Notes: generated by a model from the sequence alone, not told the origin. DNA of 64,000 nt from Octopus vulgaris (GCA_951406725.2 OX597822.1:23932001-23996000); one strand, 5' to 3'; shown: positions 25,315-39,127, numbered from the stretch's first letter. Numbers and translations are program-made.

Positions 25315-26133
25315 TCTCTATATAATAATAGCCAATATAAATGTTGTCTGGTTGATTGATTTCTCCAATTATGCTTTTTACATTGTGTAGAGAAAGGAGA
25401 GATAGAGTGATAGATAGAGAGAAAGAATTAACTTAAGAAGTACAGGATGAGTGCTCATATAAGGCTTGGTGGTAAGCAATGAGTAAAGGAATGCTCTTTC
25501 TCTCTCTTTCCACACACACTCAAGCTCAATGAAAGATGAAACATAGAAGAGGAGGAGGAGGAGATGACAGAATAATTAATATTGAATATTATTGTATATA
25601 TTTCTTATGAAAATTAGTATTTGTTTCATCATTTTGTATAAACACCAAGAAATTTGATAAAAAAAAAAGTTAAATCATAATTATTGTAGGTATGCCCATA
25701 TTTTCTGCTATTACCCATGGTGGCAAAAAAAAAGAAACTTTCAAAGTTACAGCTAAAACCCTAGTAATAAATAATTTACAAAGAAAGAAAGAAAAAAACA
25801 CCTTCAGAAAAGGAAAAAAATAGAAAAGAAAACCCAAACCCAACCGATATGTTGTTGAACTTCCAGTGTAACTTGCTAATAAAAGAGTGGTGCATTAGTT
25901 CTTTAAAGATCCATCATTCTTTGAGCCAGAATTTTTGTGTTTTATGATGAGGAATTACTGTGGTGGTTTTTTCACACAAGTAATTTAATCAGCCTAGTCT
26001 GTCTGCTACATGATTTTCACAACCCAAATGTATAAATGTACAGAACTTTCCTTCCTAACATGTAAACAAAAATGCCGACAAATATATTTATTGGCGTCGT
26101 TCCAGCATAATGGACATCTTCATATACTTCCTG

Positions 26134-26173
26134 TTAGGCAGTAGAAATAACTTTCTCTAACAACATATCGCCG
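26134..26173 (-). CDS. Weak candidate terminal exon (GDMLLEKVISTA*)
   Basis: Acceptor gtttagtattcag in a CpG-retaining unique island. Confidence 0.2.
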
Positions 26174-26619
26174 CTGAATACTAAACTTCGAAGCAGTTGT
26201 TGTATGGATGGATGTATGAGAGGAGAGTTACGGATGGCTAAGTGGGTAGGTGGATGGGTTGTTAGATTACAGGTCGAAACAGCATATATTAATGGGTTTG
26301 TTTTCTGTCGCCTACAAACGTAGTGAAGAGACTTAACTCCCATTAACCCATTCCAGCTAGCTGTAAATAGAAACCAAAAGATAGGTGCAGAGAGATTATT
26401 AGTATAACTAATAAGAACACTGCATACATAATTAATAACTGTTTCATTCCATTGTAGTGCTGAGTTCATATTTCCCCTTATCACTGGTGAAAAATATCTT
26501 AGATTGTGAGAAGTGTTGTTGTGAGAGGGCGTTGGCAGAACCCAGTAGTGAGTAATGAGTCAGTAAGGGCACCTTTACCATCGTAACTCAGTTTACTGGA
26601 AATAGCAGCCAAATCTTCA

Positions 26620-26840
26620 TTAAGCCTTTAGTATTTAAACTGGCCATATCTGGGCCCAATTTGTTTCATGTTTAAACTGGCCATATCTGGTCTCTTAGAC
26701 TTATCCTAAATTGCTATTCCAAAAATAAACAATCACATCATTGAAAATTTGAAGCTTCAAGGTAATGCATGATTAATTCAAAGCAAAGTGAATAAATAAG
26801 GATTTCATTGGACAGAATAATCTGAATGCTAAAGGGTTAA
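26620..26840. mobile_element. TTAA-flanked piggyBac-like MITE
   Basis: ttaa-.cctttag ... ctaaaggg-ttaa; same family as 33842-34049 and 34451-34878. Confidence 0.7.
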
Positions 26841-27327
26841 ATCACATTCATCTGAGAATATGAGAAAAGATGTTTAAATAATGAGGTTCTGAGTTCTCTG
26901 CCCGTATAAGAAAAAAGACAGGATATTCACAAGCGGAATACCTTTGATCATAGGTGTGCTTCATCAGGACTGAGCTTCGGTTAAACAACAGCAACCAGTG
27001 ATTTAACTATCTGTCCTTACTTCTCTTAAAAGGTCCTAGTATCAAAGTTTGAAATCAATATTTATATTAGAATTTTTACATCTGAGTTCAAATCCCATTG
27101 GGGTTAACTTCGCCTTTCAACCTTTCAATAAAATAAAGTACCAGTTAAATAGTGGGGTTGATTTATCTATAATCCTCCCATTAAAAATGACCTAGTACTA
27201 AAGCTAGAAATCAAAATCGTTATTGGAATCATTACATTCTGAGTTCTAATCCTGCAAAGGTTAACTTTGCCTTTCAACTTCTGGGACTGATAAAATAAAG
27301 AACCAGTCAAATAACAAGGATAATATA

Positions 27328-27684
27328 CAAGGTGGTATCAAAAAGTTCCCAGACTAGTTCTGTAGCGTGCCAACAGATGGCAGCACACAGTTGTGTGACA
27401 GTGAGGGATAGCAGTGACTTTCATGAGGCAGTGTGCCAAGTGACATTGCTGTATTTACTTTGCAAGTTGTGAAATTTGCATTGTTGTGATCACGTGTATG
27501 CTGTAGTCTGCGATTGTGTCATAGGAAATTTGAACAAAGAGCTAACATTAAACTTGGGAAGTCTGCTACAGAGACATTGAGCATGCTTCAGCAAGCTTAC
27601 AGCAATGAGGCAATGAGCTGTACACAATGTTTCAAGTGGCATGGGTACTTCAAAAATGGAAGAATGTCCCTGGAAGACGATGAG
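27328..27684 (+). mobile_element. mariner element, left TIR and transposase N-terminus
   Basis: TA-caaggtggtatcaaaaagttccc end. 27526-27684 encodes KFEQRANIK-LGKSATETLSMLQQAYSNEAMSCTQCFKWHGYFKNGRMSLEDDE. Confidence 0.9.
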
Positions 27685-28512
27685 TGATATGAACTTAAAA
27701 TGGACTTGTGCCAAAGCTAAAATTAGAAATCAACATTTATATCAAGAAACTTTACTTTCTCAGTTCAAATCCTGTTGAGATTAACTTTGCCTTTCATCCT
27801 CCAGGATCAATAAAATATAGTACCAGCAAAATTCTGGGGGCTGATTTACTCATCTATATTTAAAATATCCCTAACATATATGTCTCTGAACCAAAGTTGG
27901 AAGTCAACATTACCATCTCAAGGGTGCCATGCTGGCAGAATCGTTACCATGTCAGGCAAAATGCTTAGCATTTTGTTCTGAGTTCAAATGCCACCAAGAT
28001 TGATTTTGCCTTTCATCCTTTCAGGGTTGATAAAGTAAGTAGCAGTTGAACATGGGGTCAGTGTAATTGATTTAACCTGACCCCAGAATTGCTGGGCTTG
28101 TGCCAAAATTTGAAACCAACAATATTCTGATGGAGGTGTGTGTGCTATTTATTCCAGTCTTTTTAAAAATTTTTTTCTGCAAGACTTAGCATCCTGAGTT
28201 CTGTGATTCCACCACTTCTCATGGGTCCCACTCCCATAACTACCTTCAACAGATAGCACATGGTAGCTATTTTATCATTTACACACAAAGTCTTTCATAT
28301 ATATAAAAGACACATATACACCTGGTATTTTGATTACCTTTACCTGGTTACATGGTAACTGTAAACCCTTTTTGTTTCTTTCTAAATCGTGATCATCTTT
28401 ACAGGTGTTTAGCTAAACTTGGCAACAATTTGTACTGTAATTACATACAGATTATATATGTGTGTGTGTGTGTATGTATATCTATCTATCTAGCTAGCTA
28501 GCTATCTCTCTT

Positions 28513-28551
<39 letters not shown>

Positions 28552-28763
28552 CTATCTCTCTCTCTCTCCCCATCCATCCATCCATCTATATATATATATA
28601 TATATATATACATGCACATGTATATACCCATACACATGTGCATATATATTTTATCTGCACACATATATGTATGCACATATACATGTATTGTTATATATGT
28701 ATCTATCAATCTCTCTCTCTCTCTTTCAGTATATATGTGTATGTGTATGTTTGTATGTGTGTG

Positions 28764-28825
<62 letters not shown>

Positions 28826-29416
28826 ATTTTTGGAAGATAAGGATGCCAGATAGGCAGGTTAGTTTAGGTAGGCTGGAATGGTAAATTAGTAGACTAAATT
28901 CTCTGAAATATTTCAGTTTTCTTGTTTTTTTTTTTCTGTTTATATTCTGAGTACAAAACCAACTTGGATATGATTGTTTCTGCCTTTCATCTTTTTGAAG
29001 CTGATAGAATAAAAATAAGTACCAATGAAATATTGGATGAAATCATTTAGGGCAGCAAGCTGGCAGAACCATTAGAGCACCAGTCTGAGTTCAATTCCTA
29101 TTGGATTCTAACTTTGCCTTTCACCCTTCCAGGATCATTGACATAAAGAACCAGTCTAGTATTGGGTGCTAAATTGCAAACCACTATTATTATTATTATA
29201 AGGCAGCGGGCTAGCAGAATCCTTACCATGCTAGGTAAAATGCTTAGTGGTATTTCATCCATCTTTACCTTCAGAGTTCAAATTCCATAGAGGTTAACTT
29301 TGCCTTTTGTCCTTTCGGGTCAATAAATTAAGCACCAGTGAAATACTGGGGTTAATGTAATTGACTAGTCCCCTCCCCAAAAATTTCAAACCTTGTGCTT
29401 TTAGTAAAGAGGATTA

Positions 29417-29786
29417 TTATTACCTCCGCCTTAGCAAAGGTGGAGGTATTGTTTTCAGTCATGTTCGTTTGTTTGCCCGTGGACAAGATATCTCAAGAAC
29501 CGTTGGATGGATTCGGATGAAACTTTCAAGGATGTTTGGCCTCTTGACTGGTACGAACTGAGTAGATTTTGGGATTAATCCAGTACCGGATAAGGATTCT
29601 GGATTATTTTTACATTATCTTTTACTTAATTTTCAAGAGCTGTCAGGTTCATTTTTAGTATTTTTATTTGTGAGAGCAGTCGAGTTTATTTCAGATATTC
29701 TCATTTTAAAAATCATCTCTGGTTAATCATTCAGAGGACGTTGGTGTTGCCTTGGTGGAGGTTTTCACTCTCTGAGTGATCTTGTT
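29417..29786 (+). mobile_element. Non-autonomous Helentron/DINE-1-like (HINE) element
   Basis: 5' subTIR tacctccgcc with adjacent inverted partner ggtggaggta, 3' subTIR ggtggaggt, terminal hairpin cactc-tct-gagtg, T-rich ends. Confidence 0.7.
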
Positions 29787-30254
29787 ATTATTATTAGGCA
29801 GCAAGTTAGCAGAAAAGTTAGCAAACCAGGGAAAACGCTTAACGGCATTTCATCTATCTTTACATTCTGATTTCAAATTCTGCCAGGGTCAATAAATCAA
29901 GTACCAGTTGAATACTGAGGTTGATGTAATTGATTATCCACCTCCCCTGAATTTCAGGCCTTGTGCCTATAGTAGAAAGGATTATTATTATTAAGGCAGA
30001 GCTGGCAGAATCATTAGCACAACAGGCAAAATGCTTAACAGCATTTTGTCCATCTTTATGTTCTGAGTTCAAATTCTGCTGAGATCAACTTTGCCTTTCA
30101 CCTATTCAGGGTTGATAAATCAAATACTGTTGAACACTGGGGTCGATTTAATCAACTCATCTCCTTCCCTATCATACTGGTCCTATGCCAAAATTTGAAA
30201 TCATTATTATTATTATCATCATAAGCATCATCATCACCATCATCATCATTATTA

Positions 30255-30305
<51 letters not shown>

Positions 30306-30506
30306 CATTATTATCATAGGTTTGCTCAAGTATGGTTGACCTTCGACCAAACAGTAACAACTGTTGCAAAGTCACATATCATGCCTCTGTTGACTCCTAT
30401 TTGGGGGTGAGAATCTGGTTGTATTCTTCACTCACTTTATTTTTAATAGAAAAAAACCCAAGTTACATCCTGGTTGGTAACTCACACTAAAAAGGGTTTA
30501 AAGGGA

Positions 30507-30574
<68 letters not shown>

Positions 30575-31661
30575 AAACTGATAAAATACAGTTGTTATAT
30601 TAGATAAGACAAGTGAGTCATGATAGACTCTGGGAAGGATTGTCTCTCCCAAAATAAATCTTCCCCTTCAAGTCTAGGCATCTGGAAATGATCACATGTT
30701 CTCATGATTCTGATACCATTAAGGTATCAGCCTACTCCCTTCCTTTCAGTCACGGTAAAATCTGGAACTACCAGCTATACATTACATTATAGAGTTAGAG
30801 AGGTAGCTTGACCTGTGAGAAATAACAGCCTAATTTCTCTCTAATTACATTCCCCAGTCTTGATAAAAGAAGAATGGACACATTAAATGATGTAGTCCTA
30901 GATGCACAATGTCTGAAAGACCTTTATGAATAGGTCTGCTTGAACAGAGCTGATCAAAGGACTCTCCTAAGCTATGGTCCCTTAAGGCCAGTTTCATGCA
31001 TTCTGGCGGGATACATATTGCCAATTCATCACAGGATTACTCATTTTTGGTAGATGGACAGGAGCAATGTGAAACAAAGTGTCTTGCTCAAGAACTCAAT
31101 GCAACACCCAGTCATGAATAAGAAAGCTCAATCTTACAATCATAAACACAACACTCTAACTAATAAAATACGCACCTCCACTATTTACAGACACACACAT
31201 ATACTTATTCTATCCCCATCTCTTTTATTGAACTAAGTTATGGGGACATAAACACACCAACATCAGTCGTAAAGCGATGGGGGGCAAACACACACACATT
31301 AATCTATACCTGTATATAGATACACAATGAGCTTCTTTCAATTTCTGTCTATCACATCCAATCACAAGGCTTTGATTGGGCTTAGGCTATAGTAAAAGAC
31401 ACTTGCCCAAGGTGCCATGCAGTGAGACTGAACCTGGAACCATGTAGTTGGGAAGCATCCACCTACATATATTATACATAGAAATATATATATATATATG
31501 TATTTATATATGAGTATATAAATATGTATATACATATATATATGTATTTATATATGAGTATATAAATATGTATATACATATATATATGTATATACTTATA
31601 TATACTTATATATATATGTATACACATCCATACGTATATATTATATATATATATATATGTA

Positions 31662-31809
31662 TATACTGGTAAAAACGGTAAGATAACAAAAGAAAGAAAG
31701 AGACCTCAATATTATGTAAATAGAATATTCTAGCAAAAACTGTCCGACGAACGGCAACGTGAAACTCAGAGTAACAGGTTTTGTTGAATTTTCTGCTGCT
31801 TTAAATAAA

Positions 31810-31810
<1 letters not shown>
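31662..31810. mobile_element. (TA)n-bounded head-to-head Penelope-like remnant
   Basis: Left part is the reverse complement of the tail at 50200-50265. Right part is a hammerhead plus a tail whose reverse complement recurs at 31921-31955. Confidence 0.7.
31734..31783 (+). ncRNA. Minimal type I hammerhead motif with CCGACGA (U4C) core
   Basis: caaaa a cugu-CCGACGA-acg gcaa cgu-GAA-ACUC a GAGU-A^-acag g uuuug. Stems II and III pair fully, stem I has one mismatch; GNRA loop on stem II. Confidence 0.8.
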
Positions 31811-31850
<40 letters not shown>

Positions 31851-31852
<2 letters not shown>

Positions 31853-31957
31853 GGAGTAAACACATAAATGTGAAACAAGGTGGAAAAAAGAGTACTGAAA
31901 TACCAGGGGTAGAGTAATATGCTTTATTTCAAAGCAGCAGAAAATTCAACAAAAATG
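31851..31957 (-). mobile_element. 3' tail of the same element family as 31734-31810, inverted
   Basis: ctttatttcaaagcagcagaaaattcaacaaaa is the reverse complement of 31779-31810 (one indel); abuts (TA)n. Confidence 0.65.
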
Positions 31958-32328
31958 ACTAATACACACACACACACACATATATATAGCAATACAGGAG
32001 ATGTACTGACATTGATTACAAAGAATATGAACAACAGAGAGGGGTTTGTGCTTACTAAATTGAAATGTAGTAGAGTTTTAGATATTTAATATCATGAGGT
32101 GAAAAGAGAGAAAAAAAAACTTTGATCGACTAAAACCATTTACGTGATTAATGAGTGAGCAAAAACTCCCTATACAAGTGTTTTAAGGTCTAAAAACAAC
32201 AGATAAATGAGGTGACTCTAACAAGATTGGTTAATTAAAATTCTACAATAATGTAGATAATGCATACACACCACATGAACGTGCATGCACACACACACAC
32301 TCTCATACACATTCATTTTTGTCCTTGC

Positions 32329-32375
<47 letters not shown>

Positions 32376-32387
32376 ATGTATGTATGT

Positions 32388-32563
32388 ATAGTTCCAATTT
32401 ACAGAAAACAAAAAATGAAGGCAGGTGTAGGAACAACAAGCAGGTGTATTATTTAAATGTTTGAGAAGAATAGAAAAGTCTTTTACATTTCAAGCCTATG
32501 CTCTTTGACAGAAAGGATTAAAATGAAAAAAAAAATGGAGAGAAAAAATGTGTAGAGATTAAC

Positions 32564-32565
<2 letters not shown>
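32388..32565 (-). mobile_element. Hammerhead mini-element family 2, CUGUCGA subtype
   Basis: Minus 32515-32480 reads cuuu-CUGUCAA-a-gagc auag gcuu-GAA-AUGU-A-aaag. Confidence 0.6.
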
Positions 32566-32628
<63 letters not shown>

Positions 32629-33841
32629 TGTCTATTGTTTTTATATATCTTGCTGTCTCCTTCTCTCTTATTCTTTAACCTTTCTTTCTCTTTTTCTCTT
32701 TTATTAAATCTTGATTTTTTTAACTATTTCTTTATTTTCTTCCACTTTACCTTTTCCACCAGTCTTTTCTTTATCCCTCTCTCTCTCATACACCCTCTCT
32801 CTCTGCCTCACCTTCTCTCTCCCACCTTTTTCTTTCTTCTTCAGTGAATGCATCGCTTTTTGTTTTTTTCAGGTACTTCTTTGTCTTACTTATTCATTCA
32901 CCTTTCTTTTTTTCTTTCTTTCATTCAGTAAATCTCTCTCTCTCTCTTGTTGTTGTTAATCTCAGTCTCTCTTCTCTCAACTACTCAAGAATATGGCTAC
33001 CACCACCACCACCACCACCACCACCCTACCACCACCATTGCCACCAATACAGCCATCACTTCCGCCGCCGCCACCACCATCACCCCTACCTCTATTCTAC
33101 AGTACCTTTGACATTATTCCAAGCTAGTAGTTAGTCAACACAGTTTTAGATAAATCCACCGCTGGTATTTCATTAGCGAGCTACAGACAATAAACAAACT
33201 GATCTTAACTAAGTGTCGGAACAAACAGGTGCTTCTAAAATGAATGTCTTGGCCAGTTTCTTGCTGTCAGATTCTGTTGCTTTTTCTTTAATTGGATTTA
33301 TTGTCATTTAGAAAATGGCTAAAGTACCTCTGAGGTCAAAAACTCCACATTAAACACTAATAAAGAATTGTTAACTCTTTTTTATAATTATTCCAATTCA
33401 GTGATTTGAATTCCAATTTCGTTTTGTTTTTAATTTTGCAACAAGAAAAACTAATTAAAATAAGATAAGCGTACAATTAAATAAAATTAAAATTAAATAT
33501 AATTTCACCAAAATGCAATTTGATATTTAACGCTTTCAATACAAAGCCACCTAAGACTGCTGTTTGTTCTCTGATACAAACTTTTTTTTCTAAAATTATC
33601 TAAATTAACACCTTCAATTAAAATTTCATGTAAATTTATGTTCTAAATGTCTGCTTAATAACGACAAAGTAATTTTAAAAAGATTCTTTATTCTTTTCAA
33701 AATTAATTGAAACAAAAGGCAGTGTTTTTCAAGAAACATTGTAACAAAAGAATTAAATAAAGAAGATTCAACCTTTTGATACAGACCTACTTGAGTCTGC
33801 CTGGTTCCATAATACAAACATCTTGTTTCAAAGTGATTTAA

Positions 33842-34049
33842 CCCTTTAGTGTTTGCATTATTCTGCCAAAATTAATCCTTTTTTATCCACATTGTTTTGA
33901 ACTAATCATGCATTATCTTGTAGCTATGAGATTTTGATGAGGTAGCTGTTAATTTTTAAAACGATATTGTAGGGTTGGTGTGAGAGACCAGATCTGGCCA
34001 GTTTGAACATAAAACAAGTAGAATACTTTTGGCTGGATATGCTAAAGGG
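33842..34049. mobile_element. piggyBac-like MITE
   Basis: ccctttag / ctaaaggg termini, with TTAA on both sides (33838-33841, 34050-34053). Confidence 0.8.
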
Positions 34050-34450
34050 TTAAATTAAAACTTTCCATCAAAATTTATATTCCAAATGCCAGCTTTATAA
34101 TGACAAAGTGATTTTACTAAATTCTTCATTATATTCACAATTAAAACAAAGGCTATATATTTCAATAGAGGCATGACAAAGAAAGGGTTGAAGTTTGAGG
34201 TTTCTATTGACATATTAAGAGTCAGCTTGAAGCTAAATGGGTTGCCTCCTTAGCAAATATGAAATAACAAAAGAGCTCTAACCAAGAAAGTAGATCAAGC
34301 CAATGAGAGCATTTTAAGTAGTCAGCTGACATTACAGAAATAGTAGACGAACAACCCTCAAGTTGTCAAAGCCCACAAGGCAGTGTCTACATGATTGCAT
34401 GATCTGCTAGATATAGCATCCAAATCTTCCTTGAATCACACCCTGCTCTC

Positions 34451-34878
34451 TTAATCCTTTAGCATTTAACCCTTTAGTGTTCAGATTATTCTATCTTGAA
34501 TTAATCAAGGATTATCTCATATCTTCAGGATCTTGATGGTGTAATTACTTAATGTAGAATAACATTGTAGGGCAGGTGTGAGGGCTTGGATCTGGTCAGT
34601 TTGAACATAAAACAGATTAAATATTTTGGCCAGATATGGCCGGTTAAAATACTAAAGGGTTAAGCAGACCATACCTAGTCAAAATATTCCATCTGTTTTA
34701 TGTTCATACTGACCAGATCCAGCCTCTCACACCTACCCTAAAATGTCATTTAAAAAAATAAACAATCACATCAGCAAAATTGAAATCTCAAAGATATGAG
34801 ATAATGCAGGATTAATTCAAAACAATGAAAATAAATAAAGTATAACATTAGACAGCGGAATCTGAATGCTAGAGTTAA
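34451..34878. mobile_element. Two nested piggyBac-like MITEs
   Basis: Inner copy 34470-34659, TTAA-flanked, sits in an internal TTAA of an oppositely oriented outer copy. Confidence 0.75.
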
Positions 34879-34977
34879 TAAAAAGGGATACATTGGACAA
34901 TGTAGTTCCTCATATACAAAAAGATGAGATGGTCCCCTTTGAGATGTCACTGAACATGGGGCTAAACAATAATAATG

Positions 34978-35021
<44 letters not shown>

Positions 35022-35023
<2 letters not shown>

Positions 35024-35420
35024 CGCAGGAGTGGCTGTGTGGTAAGTAGCTTGCTAACCAACCACATGGTTCTGGGTTCATTCCCACTGCATGGCATCTT
35101 GGGCAAGTGTCTTCCACTATAGCCTCGGGCCGACCAAAGCCTTGTGAGTGGATTTGGTAGACAGAAACTGAAAGAAGCCCGTCGTATATATATATATATA
35201 TATTTATGTATGTATGTGTATATGTTTGTCCCCCCAACATCGCTTGACAACTGATGCTGGTGTGTTTACGTCCCCGTAACTTAGCGGTTCAACAAAAGGG
35301 ATGTGTTTATGTCCCTGTAACTTAGCGGTTCAGCAAAACAGACCAATAGAATAAGTACTAGGCTTACAAAGAATAAGTCCTGGGGTCGATTTGCTCGACT
35401 AAGGGCAGTGCTCCAGCATG
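35022..35420 (+). mobile_element. SINE family A, young
   Basis: Starts directly after (TA)n; internal duplication of about 40 bp of the gtccccgtaacttagcggttc block. Confidence 0.9.
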
Positions 35421-35807
35421 ATGATATGTTTGTATATAAAACAGTCGCATTTATAATTTCAGCTGAAGATTCTAAAAGAATTAACCTCCATTAAGCTCTG
35501 TTCCAATTCTTCCCAAATTAGGAATGAAAAAATCTAACAGCAAAAATACAATACTGGAATGGAAAACATAAGGTTGAAGAATACAGACACATACATATAC
35601 TACACAACACACACATACATGTACACATACTACATATGCACACTAAACACACATACACACATTACATATACAGTATAACATATATATATACATACATCAT
35701 CATATATATATATATATGCACTACATACGTTACATACATATACACATACTAAACATACGCACACATAAGTACACAGAAACTTAATGCAGACTGTACATGG
35801 AAAGAAT

Positions 35808-35840
<33 letters not shown>

Positions 35841-36116
35841 CCATACATATTAAACACACACACACACATAGCATACACTATGCACACACCAACACACATC
35901 ATACATACTATATGCACACACACAGACATGCGCATACATACACACACAGACATACACGTATACACATGTACACATACGTGGAGAGGCTTTTGGTTTATGA
36001 CCATAACCATGTTGCATGTGTCAGTAATAAAAGTCTGTTGTATCTTAGTAATCAATTATCTTGATATGAAGACAAACAAACAATATGACAAACGAGCCAA
36101 CAAGATAGATCCATAC

Positions 36117-36164
36117 TTTGAGATAATGGAATCTTTTTGCTTTAACATAACCGATGCCAAGGAA
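36117..36164 (-). CDS. Candidate 48-nt symmetric exon (SLASVMLKQKDSIIS)
   Basis: tttctttctgtcttaag| 48 nt |gtatgg; two frames open; unique island. Confidence 0.4.
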
Positions 36165-36607
36165 CTTAAGACAGAAAGAAATCGGATAAGAACTAGTTCC
36201 AAGAGTGTTAGATATGTTTTATTTACTTCTATCTTTTACTTGTTTCAGTCATGAGACTGCGGCCATGCTGGGGCACCACTTTGAAAGGTTTTAGTAAAAA
36301 AAAAAAATCAGCCCCAGTATTATTAAGTTTCTTTTAAGTCTTACTCTGTTGGTCTCTTTTCCCAAACAGCTATGTTATGGGGATATAAACAAACCAACAC
36401 TGGTTGCCAAGTGTTTGTGGAGACAAAGATAAAGACAGACAGACAGACAGACAAACACACATACACACACAACCTAGCAGGTTTGCCATGCAGAGACACT
36501 CTTGTTGGCTCACTAGACAGAGGGCCCTAATTGGCTTGGCCCACCAAATAGATACACCCTTATGGTCAGCCTCATAGAGATACCCTTGATTACCTATAAA
36601 AACAATG

Positions 36608-36942
36608 GGTAAAGACCCCCTTCGGTCAAGAATGACCATGCGATTGCACCTAGAAAGTTCCCCTCCTAGGCACAAATCCAGGCAAAGTTTTTTTTATGGA
36701 AGACCAGCAGTCACTCATGCATATCAGCCTCCTTTCTCCATACCACTGATGTTATCCAAGGGAAAGGCAAAGTCTGATACAGCTTGGCAACAGTGACGTC
36801 GCAACTCATTTCTACAGCTGAGTGAACTGAAACAACATGAAATAAAGTGTCTTGCTCAAGAACACAACACACAGCCCGGTCCGAGAAACGAACTAACTAC
36901 CTAATGACTGAGCCTGATGCTAGAACCACTGAGCCATGTGCC
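36608..36942 (-). mobile_element. tRNA-derived SINE family E
   Basis: Head on minus ggcacatggctcagtggttc.agc, body gtgttcttgagcaagacactttatttc. Other copies at 11520-11700, 40745-40965, 52622-52866, 58316-58640 (+), 61590-61813. Confidence 0.8.
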
Positions 36943-38755
36943 ATAACAAGTTACCCATAGAAGCATCCCGTTAGCACACTCCAAAGAGACAACCTTATTG
37001 GATCACTCAGTTAGAGAGACCCTTGTTTGGGTAACCCTGTATAGACACCTTTGTATGTCCACTGCATAAAAGCTTTCCCATTGGTTAGTGAAGCCAATAG
37101 GGACCCTCTTATTTGCACACACACACACACACACACTCTCTCTCTCTCTCCCTCTCTCCTCATGTATTTCTTATGTGGGTGTCATTTCTCAAATCAAATT
37201 CAATGACTGGCATACGTGCTAGTGGGGTGCAAAGAGCACCATACGAGTGTGATCGTTGCCAGAGTGGCTAACTGGCTTCCATGCCGGTGGCACGTAAAAG
37301 GCACTATGCAAGCGTGATTGTTACCAGCGTCGCCTTACTGGTATCTGTGCCGGTGGCATGGTGGCATGTGTAAAAAGATTCGAGCGAGGTCGTTGCCAGT
37401 ACTGCCTGACTGGCCCCTGTGCTGGTGACACGTAAAAAGTACCCATTATACTCTTGGAGTGGTTGGCGTTAGGAAGGGCATCCAGCTGTAGAAACTCTGC
37501 CAGATCAAGATTGGAGCCTGTGGTGCTGCCATCTGGTTCGCCAGCCCTCAGTCAAAATCGTCCAACCCATGCTAGCATGGAAAGCGGATGTTAAACAATG
37601 ATGATGATGATGATGATGATGATTTGAGAAGTTCATTAAGAAAAAATATATATCTATCTTCTACCCTCTATAATAACAAGTTCTACTGAAATGTATAAAA
37701 GGCTTGAAAGGAAGCGCATGAGACACTTTAGCCATTTGACCCTCCCTCACCTCCACTGCCCACAACAACACATCCTTTGTCACGTTTCCTTCTTTTGTCT
37801 TTATTTATTCTTTTACATGTTTCAGTCATTTTACTGCGGCCATGCTGGAGCACCATTTTCTTTTCTTTTACTTTTGCAGCAGTTTATTAACTGGAGTAGA
37901 TTTCAAGAATAACTATGGCCCCTGCTTCCATCCTTCACCCCTGTTTTTTCTCTCTTCTAGTAACTTCTACATGATGAAAAGGGGTAGGGGACACATGCAT
38001 AAAACTACATGGAAAGCAAAAAAAAAAAAATTAACCATGTCTAACCATCCATGCACACTATCACACATATATACATACACATATACACATATACATACAT
38101 ATATGCACATACACACACACACACACTTATGTACATATATTTGCATTCATACACACATATGCACACATATACACGTATATATACACACATATACATAAAC
38201 ACATACATAAACACAGACATAAATCACATACACACACATACACACATATTCATTCACACATATACACAATCACAAATACATACCTTGCATGACTGAATGA
38301 TTTCATTGACCTTTTCATAAATCCATATCATTTTCTTTATTGATCAAATATAAGATGTTTCAGTTTGACCTTAACAATATGCAACAATACTGTAAATACT
38401 AGTAATGTAGGAGGGGAAAAGGGGGTAGCTATAGGGGCCAGCTAAGGAAAAACCCTTTAAAAATTCGTTTTTTTCTCTCTTAGCTGTAAAGCTTCTGCAA
38501 ATGAACAAACTTTTCCTTCAACGCATGTGTGCATGTGTGTACAAACACATGCATGCACACATGCATAAGTATACACTCACATATGAATTCATAAACACGT
38601 GTCCAAGCACAAACATACACGAACAGACATACACATGTGTATATGCAAGCATGCACACACCCATACACATGCACAAATACATGCACCCACACAGATATGC
38701 AGTGAGCATATTTCTGATATGAATTAACATATTGTCTTATGAGTTTTCCATCTTA

Positions 38756-39127
38756 CAGGGGTTGGACAAAATAATGGAAACACCTAGCATCATAGCATCA
38801 TAATTTTGAAATATCTATAAAACCGTCAAAAGCTTGTTTATTTTTATGTTTTTTGATTTATTGTTAGTGTTACTTAATATGTTTTGCTAAACTTGCTGTT
38901 TCTTTTCAGATATCATCAGAAAAAGGTAATTAAAATTCATTAAAATGACAGATCTATCGGACATTCAAAGAGGTCAAATTGTTGGTGTTTGTATGGTAGG
39001 CACTAGCGTAATGAAAACAGCCGAAATGTTTGGTGTATCAAGAAGTACTGTCTCAAAAATAACTACGGCCTTTGAGAAAGAGGGAAAAAACTCCTCGCTG
39101 AAACAAAACTCCGGAAGAAAACCAAAA
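38756..39127 (+). mobile_element. Tc1-like element, left TIR and transposase N-terminal HTH, truncated
   Basis: TA-caggggttggacaaaataatggaaacac. From 38945: MTDLSDIQRGQIVGVCMVGTSVMKTAEMFGVSRSTVSKI...NSGRKPK (GRPR-like motif). Confidence 0.9.
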
